A stretch of DNA of 62,811 nucleotides, the filler included, from Vannella sp. (lineage: Eukaryota): NCBI GenBank assembly GCA_023345925.1. It is 5 parts of 5 records of this genome, joined end to end, with 100 filler letters (N's around TTAATTAATTAA, not from the genome) between each part and the next. Parts side by side here need not be neighbours in the genome. Positions count along the whole stretch, not along the records: positions 48,887 to 54,885 come from JAJQQN010001270.1; positions 54,986 to 62,811 come from JAJQQN010001323.1; 3 more parts are not named here. One strand, written 5' to 3'. Position 1 is the stretch's first letter, and the number at the start of each line of letters is the position of its first letter. The notes under the pieces are model-generated. The model was not told the origin of the DNA and ran no database searches. It saw only the letters and a list, made by a program, of their open reading frames with translations. Both the position numbers and the translations under genes were made by a program. Below are positions 50,507 through 62,811 of the stretch, in pieces.

Positions 50507-50841
50507 GTCATTAGGATGTGGGAACTCTTTGCCTTGTGTCGGAGGAGCCAGTAGACCGAGACAATATGACACGATGACTCGGCGAGATACCTTGAGAGGA
50601 CTCAGATCGGACGGATGTCCTTCGGATGAAGGGAGTTGTCCACATCAAGGACAAGCATTTCCGGTTTGCTCTCCAGGGCGTCCGCGACACCTTTGATCAC
50701 TCCTCCACTTCAGTACCTTAGGGTGAGGACTCTCGCATCTCCAAGATCGTCTCCATTGGGCGCAAGCTCGACGAGGAAAGCCTCACTGCAGGCTTCCTCA
50801 TTGGGCACAAGCTCGACTCCTTGATAAACACGACTTGGCTG
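50507..50841 (+). pseudogene. Degenerate tandem duplicate of the CobW C-terminal region
   Basis: Near-copy of about 50090-50420 (gatgtgggaactct.tgccttgtgtcggaggagccagtagaccgaga; ctcgacgaggaaagcctcactgcaggcttcctc) with new stops (TGG>TGA, TGG>TAG). Confidence 0.88.
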
Positions 50842-50911
50842 CCCTCTCTCTCTTCACGCATAGAAGGCGGAGCTCGTTGCTGAGGTGAAGGCAGGTGTAT
50901 TGGCGGAAAGG

Positions 50912-51498
50912 TTAGAACTCAAACTCCTTCCTTGAGGTAACGACTTCGAGCTGATCCGGCTCCCAGTTGGCGCGGTTTTGGATGTCAGTCCAGCGTTTGT
51001 ACTGCAACTGACGATCAATCCCAAGCTGTGCAAGGCGCGCTTCGTAGATCTCCTTGGAACGGACGAACTTCTTTTGGTTCTCTTCCTCCCAGAGTGTAAC
51101 GAGGGCCTTGCGGGTCTTCAAGGCAAAGTCACTCTCCTCCAACAGCTTGGGCTTGCTGTAGAGAAGGAACTCGTCCAAACCACCAACACGCTCGATACAT
51201 CGAAGGGCGTGCGTGGTTACGTTGATGCGGAACCACTTGCCGAGCATATGGCTCCAGAAGAACTTGCTCTGAACATTAGGGAAGAACTTGCGGTTCGTTC
51301 TACACCGCCCCCGCGAAGATGAGGTTCTGGATCAGAAAGAAATGGGAAGAAAACTCACCTACGGTTCGAGTAGGACACGTTATGACCGGATATGATACTC
51401 TTTCCAGCCCAGATGCCTCGAGATGCCCTTCCAGGCGTCGAAATACCCATCCCATGGGAGCTTGAGCGGAAGAAGCCCGTGACCAACTCGCGGAGCAT
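50912..51498 (-). CDS. MRPL28: Mitochondrial ribosomal protein bL28m, 2 exons
   Basis: RASRGIWAGKSIISGHNVSYSNR|RTNRKFFPNVQSK.FWS..LGKWFRINVTTHALRCIERVGGLDEFLL. Confidence 0.9.
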
Positions 51499-51589
51499 TG
51501 CCAATAAATGTCTTTCCAATTAAAATTCAACAGAATGAATCAACCGATTTTTTTGTATTATTGAGAGAGGGGTGAATTCTCTCCTCATT

Positions 51590-51718
51590 CATCGTGTTCT
51601 CGCAGATGCGAATGCTCTTCGAGGTTTACGTGAGACTGGCACGTCCTGTGGTATCTTGTACAGTTGCTTTTATAGCTTCTTTGCACAAATACGTCTGAGT
51701 CAGCCACCAATTCCACCA
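51590..51718 (-). pseudogene. Inverted degenerate fragment of the CobW GTPase region
   Basis: Reverse strand reads ELVADSD...HRTCQSHVNL, matching DLVADSD...HRTCQSHVNL at about 49825-49960. Confidence 0.8.
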
Positions 51719-52124
51719 AAGGAAACATCACTTCCTCGCTTTCTGTGGAAATGTTCCCATCCATCAAGGGGAACAGGGGGGCAAAACTCGTATTTGCGTA
51801 GCTTGCCCTGATGACCTCCATCTCTTGGTTTGAGGACCCAAACAAGGGAAAATGCCCTCGCCACTTTCTGCGTGCAATCCGCGATCAGTCACTCAGGCTC
51901 GTGGATTCTCTCAACAGATAAACGGAACTGGCAGGGCTTTCATGGTCCGGTATGGAGGGGGGGGGTACAGATGACTCGTGAAGTAAACTATACCTACTAA
52001 TGATAGCATCAGACGGCAAACAAGTGAGAGAAAGTCCCCCTCTGCATAATGAACCTCAAAGTCAAAAGAATGAATCGGCCGATGTTTCAAGGAGGAACTG
52101 GAATTGTATTTTTGGGGCAGGAGC

Positions 52125-54885
52125 TCATTCATCGTATTCTATTGTGACTTTGAGAGTGTTCTTCTTCATCGCCAACAAGCGGAACCGGATTTCAATGATG
52201 ATAATCGAAAGCAATACGATACAGATCGCGCCGGCAATGAATCCCAAACTGATGTAGGGCAGTGTGTAGTCTTGACTGGATGAGCTGCATGGATCATCTT
52301 GGCCACCCTTTCCCCCTCCTGCTCCACTGAGGAGAATGGCAAAGTTGGTAAAGTGGGAGGTCACTCCACATGAAGTCCCATTCGAGGACTTGATGCACTG
52401 GTCCTCACAGATCCACCTTCCCTTCTTGTCTTCGTACCCGAGGCATGCCTGTTTGGCAATCAAATCAGATCTTGCTAGGACAGGCTTCTCACTTACCCTT
52501 TTGGGGACCTTCTGGTTGGTTTGAAGACAGATCTGGGCTCCCTCTGGAGGCTGGATGGAGACGCCATTCGCATCTGTGAGATTGATGGAGATGATGGAGC
52601 CGGAGATGATGCTCCCGTTGTTGGAAACACTTCCAGGATTGATGACCAGCACGCTGACAACCGTGCCAATCGGCAGATTGTTTGCGGTGCCGTTTGGGAA
52701 GGTGACAGACCCTGCCACAGTCCCACTTTCGTCAACCACTTCAAACCTGCCCTCAGGAATCGGAAAGGAGGACGGGGTGACTTTACATCCGGTGCAAGAT
52801 ACCGAGGATGAAGGGCTACTTGCCATACTAGCTGCGATGGCTGGGATAGTACCTGAAGGACTACTCGAAGACTCCAGAGAAATGTTGGGAGGCAGACTAT
52901 TCGAGGTGGAGAAAGACACTGAAGGGCCCAGCAATCTGGAGGATGTGCCTGAACTGGAGCGGACAGGGGAGAGAGAAGTTGATCCTGATGGAGAGTCGGA
53001 TGGGCTGGAAGTGGCCGACACCGCCTGTGAATCTGATGGACTACCTGAGCTAGAAAAAGTGAAAGTCTCAGAAGGTCTGTTGGACTCAGTGGAGCTGAAG
53101 GAAGGTGTTTGAGTGCCAGAGAGGAACGGTGCTTCAAGAGAAGAGATTGTTGCACTACCGCTTACAGTTTCAGAAGAAGAAATTGATTTTGTCGTGCTTG
53201 CAGTTATAGAAGGAGAAGTGGTGGTTGATGGAGTCTCACTTAGGCTCGGAGTTCTGGTTTCAGTGGGAGTTTGGGATCCTGAAGTAGTGGAGCTCAATGT
53301 CACAGAGTGTGTCGTGGTGGACGTTCCCGAAGAGCTGGAGCTTTGTGTCTCTGATTGTGTCGCTGAAGCTGAGCCAGAAGAGGAAGGAGTTTCAGATGGC
53401 GTTTGGGAAGCAGAAGTGGATGGTGAAGTCGTCTTTGAAGGCGAGCAGCTTGGTGTCTCCGATTGAGTCAGAGAAGCAGAAGGTGTCTTAGACGCAGAAG
53501 GCGACGCTGTAAGAGTGGGAGTGCTCGACGCAGAAGAAGTCTCCGTGGGAGATTCTGTCCCAGTCAAGCTGGGGGTGCCCGATAGTGATGCAGAGGCAGA
53601 TGCAGTGAAAGAGGGTGTCATTGATGGAGTGGAGCTCACAGTGTTCGACCCAGAAAGAGTAGAAGAAACAGATTCTGATGCGGTCGAGCTGGCAGATGGT
53701 GTCGCTGATGTTGAACAAGAAGGTGATACTGAGGGTGATTGAGATGGCGTTGCAGTTGCAGAGGGTGTTGCTGATGGAGTACTTGTGCGTGTCGAAGAAG
53801 GATAGCAATTAATAAACAGCCTGTTGGAAGGAAATGAATCCACAGGAAGGGCGGAATTCGTGATTCCATCCCCTGCATAGCTTGAGTTTGGAGAATTCTC
53901 TCCACTTCCTCCTGGAGACCCTGACTGTACGAACACTGCTCCAGGTAGTAGATTTCCAGAGGTCGCGAAGTATCCACCTCCCCCTCCTCCACCTCCTCCA
54001 TGGATTGAGTTGCTGGTAAAACCGTCTCCTCCATTCAGGTTCCAAGTGAAGTTGTTTGGAGAGAATCCTGTCATATTGTTACAGAGAACAACAGCAGTAC
54101 CGCCTGCACCTCCTTCAAGAGAGCATTAGAATTGAAACAAAGGAATAATTAACGCTTACCCCCTGGACCACCATCATACCAAGTTGCGACGGTAGGGGCA
54201 TCCTCTCCATTCAATCGTACATTAGGTTTTGGAGAAGTAGAGCCAATAATTGAAGTGAAGGCGTGGAGGTAAAGAAGTCCCCCACCAGAAAGTCCTGCAA
54301 CGCTACGGACTGAAAAATTAAAATAACCATTCCGTGCCACTCCTCCTCCCCCACCACCTGTGGGAGTCAGGCCATGCTAATTATGGTAGACAGATTGTAC
54401 ATACCAAGGAAAAGGCGCTCATTAGCAGTTGTGGGAAGAAGGGCTCCTCCAATACCTGATTTATACGTACTTTTGGTGTAGATGCGCCCATCTCCACCTT
54501 GACCAGCATTTGCACCTCCACCCCCTCCACTATCAAATACATTCCCTCCTCCTCCAGCATTGCCAGGAGCTCCTCTTGCACAGTCAAGCCCATCCGGATA
54601 GGTCGAAGTTCGAGTCTGGATTCTTGGGGAGCCAATGAAGCCTTCTCCTTTAGGTCCATTGTAAGCCAAAGTGGGTGAACTAGTGGATGTATCATCTCTG
54701 TACCCGTTCTGATTCAAACTTGCGACCAGGTCTTGCGAGAATCTGTCAACCAAAGGGCCTCCGCGGAATCCTTTCCCTTGAAGGGAGACGTCACCGAGTC
54801 GAATTGTGTTGGCGAGAACAGCTAAGACACCTCCAATAGAGCCGTCCCATGAGGGGATAACAGTGGAGTTGTCGATCGTAGCCAC
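52125..54885 (-). CDS. Single-pass cell-surface protein: Gly-rich head, Ser/Thr stalk, GPS motif, TM; 5'-truncated, spliced
   Basis: WDGSIGGVLA...GKGFRGG, GAPGNAGGGG, GGGGGGAN; about 330-aa S/T/P stalk; CLGYED..W.CED.C....CGVTSHFTNFAILL; TM LPYISLGFIAGAICIVLLSIIII. Confidence 0.8.
52820..53800 (-). repeat. Low-complexity Ser/Thr/Pro mucin-like coding repeats (S/T-x-T-P-S)
   Basis: Translation such as STPSATPSATATPSQSPSVSPS...SETPS. Confidence 0.8.
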
Positions 54886-54985
54886 NNNNNNNNNNNNNNN
54901 NNNNNNNNNNNNNNNNNNNNNNNNNNNNNTTAATTAATTAANNNNNNNNNNNNNNNNNNNNNNNNNNNNNNNNNNNNNNNNNNNN
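54886..54985. other. Artificial contig-joining linker
   Basis: N44-TTAATTAATTAA-N44. Confidence 0.99.
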
Positions 54986-55852
54986 CTATTCTCTCAGTGA
55001 TGACCCTTCTCAGTGTAATTAGTAACAAGAGGCCGAGCAGTACACAAAGCTGCTCTTCCTGTTGACAGCACGCCCTGACGAACACCTACACTCTACTTTG
55101 GGATGGTCCAGTCTCGGGTCGTGTCGATCGTGACCGTTCTCATCACTTTCTTTGCTGGAGGTGTTGGAGCTCATCTGCGACGGAACCTGGAACGGTTTGA
55201 TGGCAGAGGACCACATATTGGTCAACACCCTGACTAGAAAGATCGAGAAAGACTTTCTCCGCCTGTAAACGGACCCAATTTCACTGAAGGGATGACCCTG
55301 AGGGGAGTAACATCAGCCAACCATAAACCACGAAGCACGCAAGACTCACCAATCCCGAGCTCCCTCCTATCCTGGATCCTCCAAGGATCCAATTGCCGTA
55401 CGAGAAGTGCCAGAAGCTGGAAGTGCAAATGAGTAAGAGAAGTCCAAATCTTTGTCCGCGCTACTTCCTCATCGATGTTCCATCCTCAAACGACTCATTC
55501 TTATTCGAAGGGATTAACCAGAAAGGGGGTTCTCTCCCCCTCTCCGATTGAAGCCTTTCAAGATGTTTTCGATGAAAGCTTCGTCGCATCCTTCAATTCA
55601 TCCTGTGGCAGAAGCCGCCAACCCATGACCGTCCTTTTATCTCCAAGACTTGTCTCAGTGATGATTCACTTTGAACAATGGTTAACCAGATTCTAACCAA
55701 AGAACTGACTTTTTCTAAAGAGAGGAGCATTTGAACGAAAGAAAGTTCGACAATATTCGTTGCATCAAGCGACTTTCCCAAAGATTGGACATCATGGGAA
55801 CGAAGGTTCGCATGGTCGTAGAGCAAGTTAGGTTGTATTCAATCGAGGAAAG

Positions 55853-56134
55853 TTACATTCCAGGAGAGCGAGCGGTGATGCTCTGATGGGACTTCTTGAC
55901 GGGATCATTCATGACGTCGACTCCTCCAAAGAGACCAACAATGGTTCCACGGACACCTCGCTTTGGCCTCTCAGCTGCACTCGTTGGTCCAGCAGGGGCA
56001 GAGTTGTTGTTCTTGGCGATGACCACAGCGGCAACAACGACTGCCGCAATGATCAAGGCGGCTTGAGTACACGATCTCTTCAACCAAACCGTTGAGAAGG
56101 ACGAAGTGATGATACAGACAGCCCACACAACCAT
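55853..56134 (-). CDS. Small single-TM hypothetical protein, or 3' remnant of a membrane protein gene
   Basis: Hydrophobic ALIIAAVVVAAVVIA followed by a basic tail; a 54-nt in-frame GT-AG intron is possible near the start. Confidence 0.4.
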   Translation of the reverse strand: MVVWAVCIITSSFSTVWLKRSCTQAALIIAAVVVAAVVIAKNNNSAPAGPTSAAERPKRGVRGTIVGLFGGVDVMNDPVKKSHQSITARSPGM

Positions 56135-58446
56135 TATGTGCGCTACTACTTAAGTTATACACAGATGAACTTCATTCTATACCCTGAGATGCGTTCTCGC
56201 TTCGGTGGGACGACACAAAGCCCCAGAACACCTCTCTACCAATTATCAGCGCACTCTCCAAGCTGAGCTTATTCCGAACGCGCGGAAGGTGTTCTATGAT
56301 TATCTTTGGTTGTTTCTCTTTTGTGAGATGTTGACAACTGGAAATGATTCCCGATGGTGGAAAGAAACAAAAATAAGTTGGTACTTCACTGCGGATCTGT
56401 GGTTGGCATCAGACCACTTGGATCACAAAGGGCTAACCATTCTAATGGAAGCAATGGAACTTTCTGTGTGCTCCGAGTCCAACATTCCTTAGTACTCTCT
56501 TCAAAAGTCTTGAAACCCTGGTTTTCAGAGATTGTGAGTCTATTTGGACACCGACACACTCGAAAGAAAATGTCTTTGGCCTTCTTTTATGCTCAAAGCC
56601 CTTTATGAGGTCAATTGTCTATCTGTTCAAGGATCTGGTCCGTAGAAGCATGTACTACAGGGGCATGAAGGGCCTGTTGCTGCTCTCTGATTCAATCCTA
56701 ACAAGCCTGTACTTGCTACGGCAGTGGTTCTTGAAGAGTCTTCAGAACTGTATCGTATCTGAATGGTTGATAAGCCAGTGCTTCTTTGAAATTGAACCTG
56801 CGGGGTTTATCTTACTGCGATGACATATGGTATCTTGAGTACCTCAACGAGAGAAAGTCGCATGAATCTTGAGTACATCTTTGTATCGGGCCGGCAGAGT
56901 GATCTATGCTCTGCAATGAAGCTTTGCGCCAAAGTTGTTAAACTTGTGAGGCACTTTTAAAGGAATGGTGCTTTAACTTAGTGGTAAATTGGCCTTCAGA
57001 CGGTCTGAGCCCAACACTGGACGACGGAAGATTACTTTCGACGACAAGTCCATTATCGAACGATTACACTAGAGGTTGATGATCAATCAATTGGGATGAC
57101 TATCCCTCTGAGACACAGAGTCTTTGGATCATCGAAGGACATCATTATTGGCAAACAATAAGCCATTGAAAGCTTATCTGGTTCATCTAAAGCATCAAGT
57201 TTGAGAAAATTGAGAAGAGTCTCAAAAGTAACAAGCTCGCTCCAATGACTGGAGCAGCCATGGGACGAGATTCTCTTGGTCATGTGAATGTGGTGAACAA
57301 ATCTCTTTCGACGGAGGTTTCAATCCGATCTCAAATCACTGAAGCGCCAAATAACAGTTCAGCAACTATTCAACCAAGTCCTTGATTGTAACGAACACTG
57401 AACAACTGTTCTCGATTGCAACGAACACTGAACAAGGACGTGGTTCAGGTCTATTACTCGTTACCGAAGGAACGCTTGGAAGACTAATGAGTAATTGAAC
57501 TCCAGCAAGTTGTTGGAATTACTTTCCGTGCTTGTCAAGTCACGATATGCTGTCTTGCTTGTTTGAGATTAACTAACGACATCTACATCTATTCATCTTG
57601 GGTTTGATGATACAACATACTGATACGTATCAGGCGAAGGAAACATCGACACCTGCGATTAGCTTGCCAGAGTGCAGTGCAATGCAAACGAAACAGGCGG
57701 GAACATTGCCTTATTTTCTACGATGTTTATCTCCCAGCCCTGCACAATAGCCTTGGACTGTACCAAAAGATGATGTTTAACAACACTACAGGAAGGAATG
57801 GTTCTGTCTGTGAACGGATACAGGTGATATTCCTGTCCTTTGGTCTCCATCGACAGAAGAGTCTTAGAGACGCCCTGCAAACCTGATCCTTTAGTTCTTT
57901 TTGGTGTTGTTTGGAACCACACAGAAGAAATGTAATGTCTCTACTTGTGTATTGACTTCCATTGAGGTGTCTTTGTTATAGAGTGACTTCAACTCCGATG
58001 TTTTGATTTCTGCCTATGTCTGGGATCTGTAATTCTTGTGATGCATCTAAAGGACAGTAATCTGCATGATTATTGGATTTAAACCTAAGCTTGCGTTGAA
58101 GCTAGTGATATCAATCTGGTTGATGAAGCAACACCTGAAGCTTCTGCCTCTCCAAATGATCTGTAATCTTCAGGATAAGTAATGACAATATGAGCCACTG
58201 GAGCAGATCCCCACGTTTATCCTCCAAACTTCACGAACTTCACCAAACTTACGTAAGTTCGCCAATCTACACTGTCAATACAGCCCTCCAGTACAGTAAA
58301 AACCTCATAATCACTTTTGAAACTCCTCAACTTCGCGAACTTCACCAAACATACTATATGAATGTATTTTCACTGAGATTGTGTAGAACAGAAGGATTTT
58401 CCTCTTTTTGGTGGACAGGATGATGTCTGGCACTCAGTTTATTAGT

Positions 58447-61179
<2,733 letters not shown>

Positions 61180-61218
61180 CCGAGCGCTTTGGATAAACTG
61201 AGCGTTCCGAGGCATTGA

Positions 61219-62181
61219 ATGGGAGCGGGGAGAAGAAAGGGGGCTGGAGCGCTGCTTTTGTTCGGGTTGGTGGCATTCCTTCATCTTTGGGGATCGTGGC
61301 AAGCTACACAGCTCCCTACTTGGGGTGAGAAGAGATCGAATGAGAGGGTACAGGATCGGTATCGGGAGCAACTGGAACGGCTGGAAGGGCTTGTCCAGGT
61401 CTTGCAGGATCCTCAGTCGCGATTGCTCTCTTTCTCCCGGACTCTGCGCCCTAATCTGTTTCTCAACTCGGGAGAGATCATCATCTTACAGTTTCCTCCT
61501 GTTAGAACCCTCCCGCTACCCTCCTCTCTAGTGAGAGATGCCCCAAAAGATGTGCCAGTTCTCGTAGTTCTGCATTCCAGCGACTATGAGTGGCCAGAGC
61601 CATCTCGAGGGATACGATCGCGCGCCTTCATTGCCAGTAAGCTCGCAACAGACTACATCTCCCAGCAGATGGGAAGAACAGGACGCAAATGGAGCCTTTT
61701 CGAGGACTCTCACTTCCTCAAGAAGCTGGAGACCTATCATTGGCTACCTTCAAGTACCTTCGATCTTGAAGGTTCTCTCTACCGACTTGCTGCCCTCCAC
61801 GCTTTCGATCAAGGCTACGAGCGGGTCCACCACCCAACCGGAGAGTCCGGCAGGCTCTGGTCCCTGTACGAGCCCAGCGCCATTCCCCCATGGATCAAGA
61901 TGCTCTTGCAGGTAGAAACACGCTTGGAAACCCCTCTGGCTGTCCCAGGCCAAGGCCAAGACCAACAGAGAAAGTGTGATCCCGAGAAATGGGAATGTCC
62001 CTCCGATCTCAACTTCCTTCAGTGCTATGTGGTGCTTTGTGAAGACCTTGTGATCAACAGTTGTTGGAATATGGATCAAGCCCTCTCAGCGATCATTTGG
62101 GCCAATGATTGGCTACTTTTAGGGCACATTCCAGCTCCCACACCCACTCTGAGCCTTCTCCCTCCATCAGCCTCCCATTGA
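61219..62181 (+). CDS. Type II membrane hypothetical protein (TM + coiled coil + luminal domain); 3' end uncertain
   Basis: Basic N-terminus, TM ALLLFGLVAFLHLWG, coiled coil, 320-aa ORF starting 39 nt after the MFS stop. Confidence 0.6.
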   Translation: MGAGRRKGAGALLLFGLVAFLHLWGSWQATQLPTWGEKRSNERVQDRYREQLERLEGLVQVLQDPQSRLLSFSRTLRPNLFLNSGEIIILQFPPVRTLPLPSSLVRDAPKDVPVLVVLHSSDYEWPEPSRGIRSRAFIASKLATDYISQQMGRTGRKWSLFEDSHFLKKLETYHWLPSSTFDLEGSLYRLAALHAFDQGYERVHHPTGESGRLWSLYEPSAIPPWIKMLLQVETRLETPLAVPGQGQDQQRKCDPEKWECPSDLNFLQCYVVLCEDLVINSCWNMDQALSAIIWANDWLLLGHIPAPTPTLSLLPPSASH

Positions 62182-62410
62182 AAGGGACTTCACCCCATGG
62201 TCATGCAACACTTTGGTTTGGACTCGTCGTCAGCCCAAGTCACTTTCAGTGAGCGAGAGAGAATGCTCGTCCGAACGGCTCTCCGTCATAAAGCAGGTCC
62301 CTTTGGACCCAATCCCTCGTATAGCCTTTTGTTTCTTGCGTCAAAGTACCTCAGCGGTCGTCTCATATTTTTGTTCGCGCACGATGATATCCCAGTCCCT
62401 TCTTGAAGTG

Positions 62411-62811
62411 TTAGAACCCAAGAAGATCGCCTACCGGTCGACCGGGATAAATAAGTGAACAGGCAGGGAAAGTACGGCGGGGTGATGAGCTTACCAACTG
62501 CCGTTCAACGCTCTCACTGATGTGGACATCTGTCACTTGTTCCTCTTCTATGCCCTGGGGCTTGAAATCGTGAGCCAGCAGAACCTGAACACGACGGGCA
62601 GGCCGCCATGAACCCCAATCAAAAAAGGATAACGTTGCACCTAAGGCAGCTGAAGGGACTCGATGTGTATCAATAGAATATAGGATGTTAATGCTTTCAT
62701 CTTGTAACCAAATCTGGTGCCTAGCATCAAAAGCGAAAGGGAGATCGTCAGTTTCCCTAAAAGTGATGTTCATGGTAAAAGCAGAGTGTAGTCCATCTCC
62801 TGCATGCCAGA
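62411..62811 (-). CDS. Partial hypothetical protein running off the window edge
   Basis: The frame stays open to the window end; a GTAAG donor near 62494 suggests further splicing. Confidence 0.4.
   Translation of the reverse strand, partial: WHAGDGLHSAFTMNITFRETDDLPFAFDARHQIWLQDESINILYSIDTHRVPSAALGATLSFFDWGSWRPARRVQVLLAHDFKPQGIEEEQVTDVHISESVERQLVSSSPRRTFPACSLIYPGRPVGDLLGF

Noticed and set aside
52555..53742. Acidic E/D/V/G-rich plus-strand ORFs
   Set aside because: Antisense of the Ser/Thr stalk of the GPS protein.

Overview
Eukaryotic nuclear DNA, not prokaryotic. Five unrelated contigs (1-26508, 26609-41114, 41215-48786, 48887-54885, 54986-62811) are joined by artificial 100-nt N44-TTAATTAATTAA-N44 linkers. 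The genome is very compact: gaps between coding regions are often 16-80 nt and the GT-AG introns I could resolve are about 41-60 nt. Gene content (twinfilin, class I-like PI3K, myotubularin, RFX, DH-PH RhoGEF, dCTP deaminase, GPS-motif surface protein, CxxCH cytochrome c) suggests an amoebozoan-like protist; this is inference. About 35 protein-coding genes were reconstructed by eye. I saw no rRNA, tRNA, CRISPR array or intact transposon. Most interesting: (i) an intronless DUF3990-like ADP-ribosyltransferase-fold gene; (ii) an intronless non-canonical midasin-like multi-AAA protein next to three small ankyrin paralogs; (iii) a fascin-like/GRAM/myotubularin fusion near a PH-PH-PI3K; (iv) a single-pass GPS adhesin with a bacterial-type Gly-rich head; (v) a secreted (Ser-Pro-Val)n repeat protein with KR sites; (vi) a CBS-containing GMP reductase of the trypanosomatid type; (vii) an RFX with a dimerization domain. 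Family assignments come from remembered motifs, no searches were run, and splice models are manual.
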